DNA of 64,000 nucleotides from Mayamaea pseudoterrestris. Its lineage: Eukaryota. The notes beneath the pieces are model-generated. The model searched no databases. It saw only the letters and a program-made list of their open reading frames with translations, and was not told where the DNA came from. Positions 45,650-56,788 of the stretch are shown piece after piece. The stretch covers positions 1,550,001 through 1,614,000 of the forward strand of contig BROI01000001.1 in NCBI GenBank assembly GCA_027923505.1, written 5' to 3'. Position 1 is the stretch's first letter. Every line of letters starts with the position of its first letter. The position numbers and the translations under genes were made by a program.

Positions 45650-46091
45650 GATCGAATGTCGAACAAAGGCAAAAAGCAACAGGAGTTCTTGCAGTAGTAA
45701 TACTGAGTAGCTTGTCTTGCGTCAATCTCTCTCAAGAAATCAATCACGACTTGGTCGCTCTCGCAATGGAGCTCCTTGTTCTGCTGGCTATTGAAAGTGT
45801 CGACATCAGCGGAAGATCGCATCAAGACGACGGAAGGAATTCGAGAATGATGTGATGAAAATGGCGGGTGTGCTACTTTGTATGCTTTTCGCGAAACAGC
45901 TGCCGGCTGGCGCGCATGCGGTGTTGTTCTCGAAACGTCGTCGTCGGCAATGGCGCAAGGCCGACTTCGATGACAGCAACGACGTGCCATCAAACTTTCC
46001 GGAGGTATCTTGGTCATTTTCGTTGCTATAACTTCTACAAATTGAGAATCTAATAGCATCACAAGCAGCCTAGGTGAAATAGCCGCCAAGA

Positions 46092-49000
46092 ATGACCATG
46101 TCGTTTCCGTACACTGCAGCAACTCTCACAACAACGACGCGCCAGCAGCAGCAGCACTCCCCTACTTTGCGACAAGCAATGCCCAACAAGCTGGTCCACT
46201 CCGCCGTGGCAATCTTTGAATCCAATGCTAATTCGCGAGAAAATACCAAGCGCAATTTCAAAACAGTGTCGCCGCAACCAAATCAGCAGCAACGATCAGC
46301 AGCTGCAGCTGCATTTCACAGCAACAGACTCCACCCACCTTCGTTCTTGCATCAGCAAAGCATGCCCAACACCTTTGATGCTTCCTGGAACAGCAGTAGC
46401 AGTAGTAGTAATAATAGCTTGGAGCAGCAGCAGCTGCAGCAGCAAACGAGGAGGCTGCAGCTGGCAGCGTCGGCTCCGAAAATGAAGCGACGAATTACAT
46501 CTGCTGACATCAAAACAGAAGAGTCTGTTGCAGCATCGACTGCCATGGAGACTGCAATAGTATGTAATCCTCCGCCAGCGGAAAAGATCAAGCGAAGAAA
46601 GAGGGTTGTTTCTCGCGTCATTAAACGGGTCAAGCCAAAGGATGTAGGAGGAGAAACGGCAGACGAGCGTGGCAAAATGAAACGAGCAAATTCGGGTGCG
46701 CGGCAACATGCACAGAATAGCACTCAAGATGCAGGGACGCCCGGACGGTCTGCAGCGAAACGCGGCAAGAGTCAGCCTCCCGGTGCAGCGCCGTCTCGTG
46801 CTCCTGTTGACCAGAAGCAAAGTCCAGACTTGGCATCAACGAGTGCGCATCGAAGAAGGGTGATTCCATTGCAGTCAGGTACTAGTACAAGTACTACATC
46901 TACATCACTAGCAACAGCTGCTACTGATAAGAATCGACGCAGCAAGAGTCAGCCTCGACTAGCCTTGCCAAGCAGTCAAGGAAGTACCAGCAGTTGGTCT
47001 GATGCAGTTCCTGCCAAAACAAGTCTTGTTCGGGGAACAAACTACGTACCAACGTTACAAACACGCCATAACGACGCTACTGGAGTCATCCAACGAAGCA
47101 GCTCACCAAAGCCGCAACCGCGGCCGGCGGGTCGAACGGAGATGCAAAAATCAAAGTCTGCTCGTCAAATTGATGCGACGTCGGATAGAAACCAATCTTC
47201 GGTGCATCCCAAGCGCGAGCGGCCAAAGCAAGCGGAACTACGAAAAGCAAAGTCGGCTCGTCAAATACATGACGCAACGCTTTCGGAAACTGCAACGTTG
47301 GAGCAGTCGCGTCAACTCGCCAAGGACATTGCCTCCATCCAGGCGGAACTCGCTCGACTAACGGAAGCGCAAGCAACCAAAAACAAGCCTGCCGTCGAAG
47401 CAACGTCATCCAACAGAGACCGAGTCGGTCGATTCGAGCGCAAACCTCCACCCCGCACGAGAAGTAGCAGTGAACCGCAAAAACTACGCGGCAGTCAAAA
47501 TGAAACCTCGCCTGGTATTTTGGTCCGTCGACGAACCGTTGGACGAGTTCCTCGACGGCAAAGCAATCCAGATGGTGGCGCGAAATCAGCAGCAACGAGC
47601 GATGATACACCGTCGCCGTCGCCTCGCCCGGTGGGTCGCGTGCCTCGGCGGAGGACAACAATGTCAGCGGCAGTAGCATCGCCACCTCTCTATGCGTCTG
47701 AGAATGTGTCAGCGAAGGACCTGGCTGCGGCTGTCGACAATATATTCGTCAAGACAACTCCTACCAGCAATATCAAACTGACGGCGAAACAGTTTGGCAA
47801 AAACAGCAATACACAAATAGGTAACGGTGAGAGCAATGGTCATGTGCAACAACAAATAGACCCGTCGGAACACAAAGCGAGTGCCAATCAAGCGAAAAAG
47901 CAAGCGCTCGTCGTTAGTACGGCCAGCGATGATGTTGATGAGAAGCAAATACAAAGACGAAACATTGGTCGCGTGCCGAGGCCATCCTCGACAACTCCGC
48001 AAGCGACAGATCAAGATCCAATTGACGCCAACAATTGTAATGTCGCGGATAGTAACAACAATCAGCCACCGAGCCTTTTCAATAATGCACGGGCACTGCA
48101 AAATGAGTTGCGACCGCGTGAAAGCCAGTGCAAGAACAGTCAACGCAAGCTTGATGGCAACCTTACCATGGCGTCGCCCGCGGCAGCTACTTCATCAATC
48201 GCAATAGTCCAACCCGCATCCGCACCCGATCCATCTGCAGCAGCAGTCCCAGCAACACGTACTGTTCCTACAAAGCGGATTCAGCGAAGAGTTTTTCCGG
48301 TGAATAATTCAATGACTCCTGTGAATCCGGAAGTAAAGCGGAAAGTCGCTGGCAGTATCATTGCTGGGAGGTTGGCCGGACTGGCCTTGGACGACTCTCC
48401 TAGTCAATCAAACAATACTCTGAGCCTGCAAGAAAGAATTAAGCTTTTCCAGTCGGCTTCTGGCGTGAAAAATGAACTGCTTCACGTTCCTAACATTCAT
48501 CAAGTTGGGCGTCCAGTCATGTCCTTTGCGCAAAAACGGAAGAAAGGAGCGATTAAGATTCAAGCCGTCACACGAGGGATGATTCAGCGCAACTCGTTCC
48601 GCCGCGCGAGAGCAGTTCTCTGCTTGCAGTCGTTTGCGAGGATGGTGGCACCGAGACAAGCGTTTCGTCTTCGTATGTTGCATCGCGAGTATGCAACAGC
48701 GTTGAAGCGACAGAAGGGCGACCTCGAGCAGGTGCATAGACGCAAGAAACAAGCGATTGATTCTATTAATAATAAAAGAAACGGAAGTTTAGACAAGCTT
48801 GAGTCAACGATTGAATCGGATGGTGCGGAGGAGTTTGTAAGACAATTGTTTCAAGAGAATAGTAAGCTGCAGCTATCGAATGCAAAATTGAAAGAAATGA
48901 GAGCAACGATCCGGAGCATGCACCAGATGAATGACATGACCCACTCAAGTCAGTTGCAAAGTGTGCGGACATTGCAGGATGCAGTTGGCGCCTTGACAGA

Positions 49001-49550
49001 AAAGAACGACGTCTTATTGAGAAAAACCGACAAATACGAGGAGCGCATTGAAACTCGTTCTGCTGAACTAGACGAGCTGCGTGCTCGCATCGCTTACGAG
49101 TCTTCGTTACGTAAACTAATGGACAAGACTCTCGCAGGTCTTGTTGAATTGATCGAGAGTCGATGCGGTGACGAAGGGCTCGTAAAGAAGGTAATCGCCA
49201 TCAGCGCCGACGAGGAATATGAGAGCGATCATGAATCTTATGTTCTGGACGATGATGAGGACTCCTTGGATGCTGGCCAATTGCAGACGCCGGTCAAATC
49301 GAAGAAAATGTCGACCACGGATGGCTTTGAACTTAGCTTTAAAGTCACTGGCTTGGACGACGATGACGACATATCAGAATTATGTAACTCTGACCATCAT
49401 ATGTTGGGCATTGCGGAGGAAGGTGAATACGAGGTTGAGTACGACGAGATTACTGTCGACTCGGAGGAATTTGAAGGTCAGGATGATGACACTCTAGACA
49501 GCGACGACGCTTCCAGTGTATGGGACGGACGCCACGAGATCATCATATAA
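46092..49550 (+). CDS. Large disordered protein with two IQ motifs, coiled coil and acidic tail
   Basis: 1152 aa; AIKIQAVTRGMIQR and AVLCLQSFARMVAPR (IQ), followed by a heptad region; repeats KSKSARQI/KAKSARQI and GRVPR x3. Confidence 0.8.
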   Translation: MTMSFPYTAATLTTTTRQQQQHSPTLRQAMPNKLVHSAVAIFESNANSRENTKRNFKTVSPQPNQQQRSAAAAAFHSNRLHPPSFLHQQSMPNTFDASWNSSSSSSNNSLEQQQLQQQTRRLQLAASAPKMKRRITSADIKTEESVAASTAMETAIVCNPPPAEKIKRRKRVVSRVIKRVKPKDVGGETADERGKMKRANSGARQHAQNSTQDAGTPGRSAAKRGKSQPPGAAPSRAPVDQKQSPDLASTSAHRRRVIPLQSGTSTSTTSTSLATAATDKNRRSKSQPRLALPSSQGSTSSWSDAVPAKTSLVRGTNYVPTLQTRHNDATGVIQRSSSPKPQPRPAGRTEMQKSKSARQIDATSDRNQSSVHPKRERPKQAELRKAKSARQIHDATLSETATLEQSRQLAKDIASIQAELARLTEAQATKNKPAVEATSSNRDRVGRFERKPPPRTRSSSEPQKLRGSQNETSPGILVRRRTVGRVPRRQSNPDGGAKSAATSDDTPSPSPRPVGRVPRRRTTMSAAVASPPLYASENVSAKDLAAAVDNIFVKTTPTSNIKLTAKQFGKNSNTQIGNGESNGHVQQQIDPSEHKASANQAKKQALVVSTASDDVDEKQIQRRNIGRVPRPSSTTPQATDQDPIDANNCNVADSNNNQPPSLFNNARALQNELRPRESQCKNSQRKLDGNLTMASPAAATSSIAIVQPASAPDPSAAAVPATRTVPTKRIQRRVFPVNNSMTPVNPEVKRKVAGSIIAGRLAGLALDDSPSQSNNTLSLQERIKLFQSASGVKNELLHVPNIHQVGRPVMSFAQKRKKGAIKIQAVTRGMIQRNSFRRARAVLCLQSFARMVAPRQAFRLRMLHREYATALKRQKGDLEQVHRRKKQAIDSINNKRNGSLDKLESTIESDGAEEFVRQLFQENSKLQLSNAKLKEMRATIRSMHQMNDMTHSSQLQSVRTLQDAVGALTEKNDVLLRKTDKYEERIETRSAELDELRARIAYESSLRKLMDKTLAGLVELIESRCGDEGLVKKVIAISADEEYESDHESYVLDDDEDSLDAGQLQTPVKSKKMSTTDGFELSFKVTGLDDDDDISELCNSDHHMLGIAEEGEYEVEYDEITVDSEEFEGQDDDTLDSDDASSVWDGRHEIII

Positions 49551-49831
49551 TTCGAAGCTAGACAGGTGATTGCTACCCTTCATTTAATTGTTACCTTGAC
49601 TGTGAGTAAATTAAACTGGCAGCGACTGATTGTCGATTTATCTTGTGACCAATCATTCGCGTACTACAATCGTCAATTTCGCAACGATACGGTCGTTGTG
49701 AAGACAGTGAGCACCAGGATTCTACGAAAACAAAGCGAAACGCATCCATATCATGGAAAGAGTAGCGTTTTTAGCTCGCATCAAATCGCGGCCTCAAAAG
49801 AACCGAGTGAAGCGAATCAAGTACTGGTGGT

Positions 49832-51013
49832 CTAAACCTCAGTAGAGCCAAACTCTGCATCAAATGTATCATGATCAAACTCCGACGAGGCATCAAAATC
49901 CGAAGCGGCCGCCAATTCCTTGACAATCGACTCATTCACAGGCGATTCCTTTTCCGTCGCCTCATGATTCACAATAGGCTTTGGCTTGCAGCCCTTGGAC
50001 AAGATCCAATCGAATCCAATGGCATCAAGTTGCTCTCGTCGAGCAGAGTCCAACTTGCCAAATTTGTTTGCTCGGCGTTGCACGCTGATCCAGTTCGCCA
50101 GTTTCAAATCCTCCTTGTAAGCGTAAGGAACGCGCGTATGTCCATGTTTCTCACGATATGCTTGCAGTCTGGCGTAGGATGCGTTCCATTGCGCGTCGTG
50201 GAGTGTTTTACGCGGCACAAACGGCAGCGGCGACGCTGTCTTGTCTCCATTGACAAGAGCCGGAGCATCTCGCGGAAAGGAGTGTATCGTGCGCCACTCG
50301 AAACCAATGTCGTCCAATGCTTTGCGATGCTCCTCCTTGAGAGCATTTCGCCGAAACGCCGTGCGCTGCTTGCCCACCCAGCGACCCAAATATAAATCCG
50401 GCGCATAGTTCCACGGCACGTTGCAGTCTCCGTGTCGCTCCTTGTATTGTTGCAGCACTTGGTAGGATTCATCCCAGTTGCGTTTCGTGGGAGGAGCCAC
50501 GACGGTGCGCCAGACGAAGCCCAATTGTTCGAGCGCGCTTCGTTGATCATCGTCGAGCTTGCTTTTGCGAAAATTGTTGCGCTGCGTATGCACCCAAATG
50601 CCGAGCGACGGATTCACGGGATATGACTGCGGCACTAAACAATCGCCATGCTGCTGCTTGTATTCTTTCAGTAGTTCCAGCGACTTGTACCAGGCTATGC
50701 TGTCGTTTCTGCGCCGCCAATCAAAGCCAATCTCATCGAGGGCCGCTTTGCGCTCCGGCTTGAGTGTGTTGCTGCGATAGGCGAAACGGGTATTGGCAAC
50801 CCATGTACTGAGAACCGGATCTTCTGGATAATTGAATGGAACCTTGGTATGTCCATGCTTGAGTTTGAATGCTTTGAGCAGCTCCAAATTTTGTTCAAAG
50901 GAGCGAACCTTGTTGACGGCTCGAGTGCGCCGGCGCTTTGCATGTAGCGTTTGCTCCTCTCTCTCAGCAGCTCCCTCCTCTGCTTCTGTAGGATTCTCGT
51001 TGTTTCGCTTCAT
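49832..51013 (-). CDS. Helicase-associated (HA) domain protein, 4 repeats
   Basis: Four units of W/F...L..YK..HG(D/H)(C/T).VP..Y.....L..WV..QR......L...R...L..IGF.W. Confidence 0.92.
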   Translation of the reverse strand: MKRNNENPTEAEEGAAEREEQTLHAKRRRTRAVNKVRSFEQNLELLKAFKLKHGHTKVPFNYPEDPVLSTWVANTRFAYRSNTLKPERKAALDEIGFDWRRRNDSIAWYKSLELLKEYKQQHGDCLVPQSYPVNPSLGIWVHTQRNNFRKSKLDDDQRSALEQLGFVWRTVVAPPTKRNWDESYQVLQQYKERHGDCNVPWNYAPDLYLGRWVGKQRTAFRRNALKEEHRKALDDIGFEWRTIHSFPRDAPALVNGDKTASPLPFVPRKTLHDAQWNASYARLQAYREKHGHTRVPYAYKEDLKLANWISVQRRANKFGKLDSARREQLDAIGFDWILSKGCKPKPIVNHEATEKESPVNESIVKELAAASDFDASSEFDHDTFDAEFGSTEV

Positions 51014-51257
51014 GTTTGCATCAGAAACAGGTTCATTAGTAAGAGACTGGAATGCAGAAGCAAACTGAAGTGTGTGAAGCAGCCAATTGCGGCAAGGAAG
51101 GAGGCAGTCGGATTCAGATGTCGCACCGGTGAACATTTCATTCACGCTTTGCTTTTCAAACTGACGCACATCCATCACTCGACGTCGACCATGAGAAACA
51201 CATCCTGCCAAGCAGGAAAGTGAGCGGTAACATACAGACTTTTCTCTTCATCATCCC

Positions 51258-52973
51258 ATGATGCTGTACATACGTTTCTTACCTATGCTGCTATTGGGGG
51301 CAAAATCTTCCTTTGCCTGGGTGAATCCTTCAATTTCTTTGAAGAGCCGATCCTCACGACGGAATTGCCACAAATCGACCATACTTCGTGCATTACCATC
51401 ATCAGAAACCAGCGAATCATCTTCTCATCCACAACCAAAAACCCTTAACTTATATAACAGCAAGACGCGCCGCAAGGAGCCACTCATCCCCCTAAATCCA
51501 AACCGCGTCACCATGTACACGTGCGGACCGACCGTGTACGACTACGCGCACGTGGGCAACTTTCGAGCCTTTCTCACCTACGACTTGCTCAAGCGGGCGC
51601 TGATGTATTTGAATTATAGGAACATTATGCACGTACTGAACTTGACGGATGTGGACGATAAGATTATCAATCGCGCCAATCAACTGAAACTGGAATCAAC
51701 GTTGGAACTGACGCGCAAGTATGAAGCACTCTTTCTGCAAGATTTGCAGCGACTCAACATACTGCCGGCGACTATATATCCGCGCGCGACGGAACATGTC
51801 GAGCACATGATGGATTTGATAATAAGTTTGCGAAACAAGGGCTTGGCCTACGAAGCGAGCGATGGAAGTTGGTACTTTGACTCGCAAAACATGCCAAACT
51901 ATGGAAAACAACTGGTGCAGCTTGACTTTGACAGTGCAGACTCGGATTCGACTGCAGCTGCTGCAAATGAAGATGACTCTGCTACAAATGACAAGCGTCA
52001 TGTTGCCGATTTTTGCTTGTGGAAGGCCTTTAAACAAGGCGTCGATCGCTTGGACGCAGCCTGGCGTCGCGACGGTCACATTCAGCTAGGCCGGCCGGGA
52101 TGGCACTTGGAGTGCAGCGCCATGGCCTTGCACTACTTTGGCGGCGAAACGATTGACTTGCATGGCGGTGGACAGGATTTAAAGTTTCCGCATCATGAAA
52201 ACGAGATTGCGCAAGCTGAAGGAGCGACTGGAAACGTCTTTTGCAACTGCTGGTTTCATAATGGATTTGTCAACTTGGATGCCGAGAAAATGTCCAAGAG
52301 TCTTGGCAACTTTTTGACGCTGCAAACAGCTTGTCCGACCGCACTCGATGTGCGAGCCTATCGCTACTTGGTCATATGCAGCCAATATCGAAACCCATTG
52401 GCCTTTACACCACAGGCCATGGAAGCAAGTAAAAATGCCGTGACGCGAATAGACAAGATCAAATTTCGCATTGAAGAAGCTCTAGCGAATGCTGATAACG
52501 ACGCCAGTAGTACAATCGACAGTCCGATCGCCAGCAACGTCGTGCCGAATGCACTGGCAAATTTTGAGGCTGCCGTGATTGACGACCTCAGCATGCCGCG
52601 AGCAGCGGCGCAGCTGTTTACGCTTGTCAAGGAAGCTGAGAATGAATTTAAACGAGTCGCCAAATCTGACAATGTACAACAGATTGACGTTAAAGGACTC
52701 GAGGCTATACTAAATGCCATGACGCAAATGGATCAGGTGTTTGGCATCTTTTACGCGGCGTCCAGTATAGATGGCGACAATGACTCCGCAAATGGTCAAG
52801 CCGGCGATGATCCAGTTCCGTCTAAGGTCATGGACCTGGTCTCGCAAAGGTCAGCTGCCAAGGAAGCCAAGGATTGGGCGCTGGCCGACTCGCTTCGTGC
52901 TCGGATAAAAGAACTTGGCTACGAAGTAAAAGACAACAAAGGCGCAGCCTCTACAGTTAGTCGAAATCTATAG
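51258..52973 (+). CDS. CARS: Cysteinyl-tRNA synthetase, organelle-targeted
   Basis: MYTCGPTVYDYAHVGN, DFCLWK, GRPGWHLECSAM, DLKFPHHENE, KMSKS; presequence SFA|WVNP. Confidence 0.97.
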   Translation: MMLYIRFLPMLLLGAKSSFAWVNPSISLKSRSSRRNCHKSTILRALPSSETSESSSHPQPKTLNLYNSKTRRKEPLIPLNPNRVTMYTCGPTVYDYAHVGNFRAFLTYDLLKRALMYLNYRNIMHVLNLTDVDDKIINRANQLKLESTLELTRKYEALFLQDLQRLNILPATIYPRATEHVEHMMDLIISLRNKGLAYEASDGSWYFDSQNMPNYGKQLVQLDFDSADSDSTAAAANEDDSATNDKRHVADFCLWKAFKQGVDRLDAAWRRDGHIQLGRPGWHLECSAMALHYFGGETIDLHGGGQDLKFPHHENEIAQAEGATGNVFCNCWFHNGFVNLDAEKMSKSLGNFLTLQTACPTALDVRAYRYLVICSQYRNPLAFTPQAMEASKNAVTRIDKIKFRIEEALANADNDASSTIDSPIASNVVPNALANFEAAVIDDLSMPRAAAQLFTLVKEAENEFKRVAKSDNVQQIDVKGLEAILNAMTQMDQVFGIFYAASSIDGDNDSANGQAGDDPVPSKVMDLVSQRSAAKEAKDWALADSLRARIKELGYEVKDNKGAASTVSRNL

Positions 52974-53101
52974 AAGTTACCGTATAATGATGTTCCTTTT
53001 TTCCTCAATGGCTGTTTTTTAATGACGCCTTTCTTTTTATAACCGGACATGCGCTTGGGTCAACTCGCGTCACATGACTCCCGTCCGCTTTCTCTCTCAC
53101 A

Positions 53102-54200
53102 TCAGATATATCTGAGTCTACCGATTGGTGACTTTGATTGCCGCCATTCCAACAAACGAGTTTCACGCGCTTGCCGACGACGATCAGCATCACTATTTAA
53201 ACGAGCATCATCCTCTTCTGGTATACGTGCCACCGCATCGACGTCTTGCAGTATGCGGACAATGCTTTTGAGCCCCATACTTGAAGTTGTCAAGCCATGC
53301 TGCTGCAACGTGGCTTCTAGACTTGTTACTGTAGCATTGTCGTTTTCATTTCCTTCCTTCTGTGTGATCAGACATTTGACGGCACAAAGGAGCATCTGCT
53401 CAGAAAACATTGGCTGGTCCTGTATCTTTGGTATGTAATTTTCTTTCACAAGACTACACCAGTTGGTACGCAGGTTCCATTCCACATCGTCATGCACCAA
53501 GTAGCACACCGGAGGCTCGTCGAGCAACCGTAAAAAGTCGTCATCATAGCTGATTTTATGAGGCCAATGCCTTTCGTACCACAAAAAATACTCCTCGTCG
53601 TCATTGGGGGTGAACCAATTGACCTTTCGTTCCCTTCTTGTAGGTGGTTCGCCAAAGTCCAAAACGATTCGGCCACCGTCAAAGTCTTGTTCGGAATTGG
53701 CCTGCGAATCATTTTTCTTTGCAATCAACCATACATGATCAGGCTTGTCACGAACATCATCATCATCTTCTTCTCGAAACATGGAACTATCCTCGTCTTC
53801 TCCTCCCCATTTGAACGCAAAATGCACAGAGTGCACATTCTTCCGCAATACAATGGGAATTCGCGCGTACTCGCTGCCGCGGCGAAACTCAAAATAATCA
53901 AAGTCGTCAATGTCTCGGAGAAGTGGAAGCGGAAGTAATGTCAAGCGAAGGTGTGAATGCTATATGGTAAAGGGAAATGAGAAATGAAGATGCATTGCAT
54001 GAAACTTCACGAAAACCGACACTGCTTCGCGTTTTGCAACGTACCATTGTTTTGCACGTCCTCGAGAGCGAAATCGCATCCGGCCCATCTTGAAACGAGC
54101 ACACCTTCTTCAAAAGCACTTGAGGAAGATCAAGCATGGTCGTTTCCCGTACTTTTGCCATGATTTTGGGTCGCTTGTGGCGTTCTGGAGGCGAATCCAT
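53102..54200 (-). CDS. F-box-like protein; intron 53960-54044
   Basis: MLDLPQVLLKKVCSFQD...LSRTCKTM (F-box); the 85-nt GTACGT...ATAG intron joins in frame to the 53102-53944 ORF. Confidence 0.7.
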
Positions 54201-54509
54201 GGAGTGATGATCTCCAGCTACAGCAATGGCTGCACTAGCAGATGCTTCTCACTCAATAGGATTGAATGGAGACTGTTATCAAGAGCAACAACAAGAGCAA
54301 AGGACTCAAGTAATTGCAACTGCTACAACAACGAAGGCGTTGGTGATTAACTGAGAGGATTTAATTAGTTGCTACAAAATTAACCTCGCTCGCCCATCGT
54401 GGGCAATCACGATTGCTCTTCCACGTTCCGTTGGGGCGTCAGCTTACACATATAGTAAGATAGTTGCTTTGCACCTCGGTAGGAAGGTAGGATACACCTT
54501 CAACTTCGA

Positions 54510-55140
54510 CTCATGGTTGTCGATGGCGTTTTTGTTAGTGAGCTCTCGTGAGCCTCGATGTTGTGCAGCGCGTCGAGGAAGCTCGCCCCGCGCTTTCATG
54601 TAAATGTCGCACAGCACCTTGACACGTCACCACGCTTACATCACTTGACATTATTTGCAGGCGGAAAATGACCCGATGATTGATCATGGCTAATCCATGA
54701 TGTTTCCCTTACATCTGTCAAAAAATTGGGTTGCTTTTGTTGCGTTCTGGTAGATCCATGGTCGCTTGCCTTTTTTGTGAGAGCCGTGATGTTGTGCCGA
54801 CGCGTTAAAAAGCTCGCCCCGCGCGTTCATGAAATTGTCGCAGAGCAACTTGACACGTCACGCAACTTACATCAACCCATCGGCATTTGCAGACGAAAAG
54901 GGCTTGACGAATGACCATGGCTAATTTAAGTTGTTTCCCTTAAAATACATGTGCCATGACATGGAGTTGCTTGTGGTGTTTTGGTAAGGCCATGGTCGCG
55001 AATGTGTCCTTTGTGCGACGCGTTGGAGAAGCTCGCCCCGCGCGTTCATTAAAATATCGCACAGCAACTTGACACGTCATCCAGTGAGAAACACCCATCG
55101 GCATTCGTTGGCGACAACGGCTCGATCGACCATGGCCGAC
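54510..55140. repeat. Degenerate ~220-230 bp tandem repeat, three copies, intergenic
   Basis: AAGCTCGCCCCGCGC at 54579, 54810 and 55029, each followed exactly 40 nt later by TTGACACGTCA; shared flanking words CATGG, ATTTGCAG, TGTTTCCCTTA. Confidence 0.9.
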
Positions 55141-55170
55141 TAACCGATCCATTCGTCACGCTGCAGCACC

Positions 55171-56592
55171 ATGTTGCTACTACGCTCCATCACTCGAATA
55201 ACTATCGTCACTACTAGTCTACTCGTACGTGCATGTCATGCGGCTGCTGCTTACTCCGAACTCTCCTATTTGGACGACCCGGAGCTTGGCGCCAACTTGG
55301 AGCGTCACCCCGATCCCAACGACGAACACCACCAAAACATGGTCTACGTGGGTCGCCACGACGCGGACGGTCGTCGCATGAGTCGGATGCACGACAATTC
55401 CATCAAGTATATATTTGGAACAAGCTACGACGATAATCACAGACAAATTGACGAAGACGCTTTGCAACATTTCGACGGCCCCGATGTTTGGCACGATTTG
55501 CCCAAACATGATCACCGCAAGACGCGCGCCCAAGTCTTAAAGGAGCAGCGACACTCGCAAGTCAGTGAGCGCGGCCCCAAGCCGTTTGGTCACGTTGACA
55601 CGCATCGTTTGGATGGAGGCGTTGTTCCGGCCCAAGTGGTGAGCGTGGAACCCTTCTTCATTGACGCACACTTGGTGACGAACCAAGAGTTTGGGCAATT
55701 CGTATCGGCGACATACTACGAAACGGAAGCGGAACACTTCGGATGGTCGTTTGTATTGAGTAGCTTTCTGCCAGTCGGTTTGCAAACGAACGAATCCATG
55801 GAAGTTGACCCGGACGTTTCACACTGGGTTGTTGTCAAGGGCGCCAGTTGGAAGCACCCCGAAGGATTGCATTCGCACTACAAGCTTCATCGACTACAGC
55901 ATCCCGTGGTGCACGTTTCGCACAAGGATGCAGCCGAATACTGCGCCTGGCGCCAGAAACGACTATTGGGTGAGCGCGAGTGGGAGGCGGCGGCCCGCGC
56001 CGGGCATTACGGACCAAACAACCGGACACTGTACGAGTGGGGTGAGGAGCAAGATTGGAGCGTGGCGAGTCAATACGCCAATTTGTGGGGCAATGGCAGT
56101 TTTCCGAATGAAAATTTGGCCGAGGATGGTTGGCGCGGCACGTCGCCGGTGGGATCATATGCGCCAAATCGACTTGGTTTATACGACATGACTGGCAACG
56201 TTTGGGAGTGGATGCGCGGCGGCAAGCACAAGGCGCGCATCGTGCGCGGCGGTAGCTACGTGGACAGTTTGGATGGCAGCTTTAATCACGCGGCGACTCT
56301 GGGGGCGCGGGCGACGCTGCACGGAACCACCACGGCTGGTAACGTTGGCTTTCGCTGCGCCAAGGCGCCCCAGCGACGGACCGAGTATCACTGGCAGTGG
56401 CATGATGAAGGACAACATGGACAGCTGAGTGTAGAAGATCAGTTTGGTAAACGAGACTATGTTCCGCAAAAGGAGTGGGAGGACCTGCACGATGATGGAA
56501 TATTTGAGGATGAAATGGACGAGGAGCTTGGGGTTGTTCGCAAGAAGAAGAAGGTTGTGAAAAAGGTAGAAATACTGTCGACTGAACTATAG
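55171..56592 (+). CDS. Formylglycine-generating enzyme family, SUMF2/pFGE-like (no catalytic cysteines)
   Basis: Signal peptide; VTNQEF, AEHFGWSFV, WKHPEG, HPVVHVS, EREWEAAARAG, DMTGNVWEW, RGGSYVDSLDGSFNH, NVGFRCA; C-terminal STEL. Confidence 0.9.
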   Translation: MLLLRSITRITIVTTSLLVRACHAAAAYSELSYLDDPELGANLERHPDPNDEHHQNMVYVGRHDADGRRMSRMHDNSIKYIFGTSYDDNHRQIDEDALQHFDGPDVWHDLPKHDHRKTRAQVLKEQRHSQVSERGPKPFGHVDTHRLDGGVVPAQVVSVEPFFIDAHLVTNQEFGQFVSATYYETEAEHFGWSFVLSSFLPVGLQTNESMEVDPDVSHWVVVKGASWKHPEGLHSHYKLHRLQHPVVHVSHKDAAEYCAWRQKRLLGEREWEAAARAGHYGPNNRTLYEWGEEQDWSVASQYANLWGNGSFPNENLAEDGWRGTSPVGSYAPNRLGLYDMTGNVWEWMRGGKHKARIVRGGSYVDSLDGSFNHAATLGARATLHGTTTAGNVGFRCAKAPQRRTEYHWQWHDEGQHGQLSVEDQFGKRDYVPQKEWEDLHDDGIFEDEMDEELGVVRKKKKVVKKVEILSTEL

Positions 56593-56788
56593 CAGCAATT
56601 ATATAAATTTGTATTTAGTCAATGTCGTGATAATCCGGCGTAGGAGCAGTATCTCCGTCACCGAAATAGGTTGCGTCGCACCACCTCTATCGAGAACAGG
56701 CAGCAAGATATAACCAAAAATCCTCTACAAGTGTACACTCAATATTTACATCCAGCGCTACTTCACCATTCAATTTTCGTTGATTGCG

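Noticed and set aside
54510..55140. Repeat-spacer pattern as a possible CRISPR array
   Set aside because: Units are ~225 bp with homologous spacers, the context is eukaryotic, and there are no cas genes.
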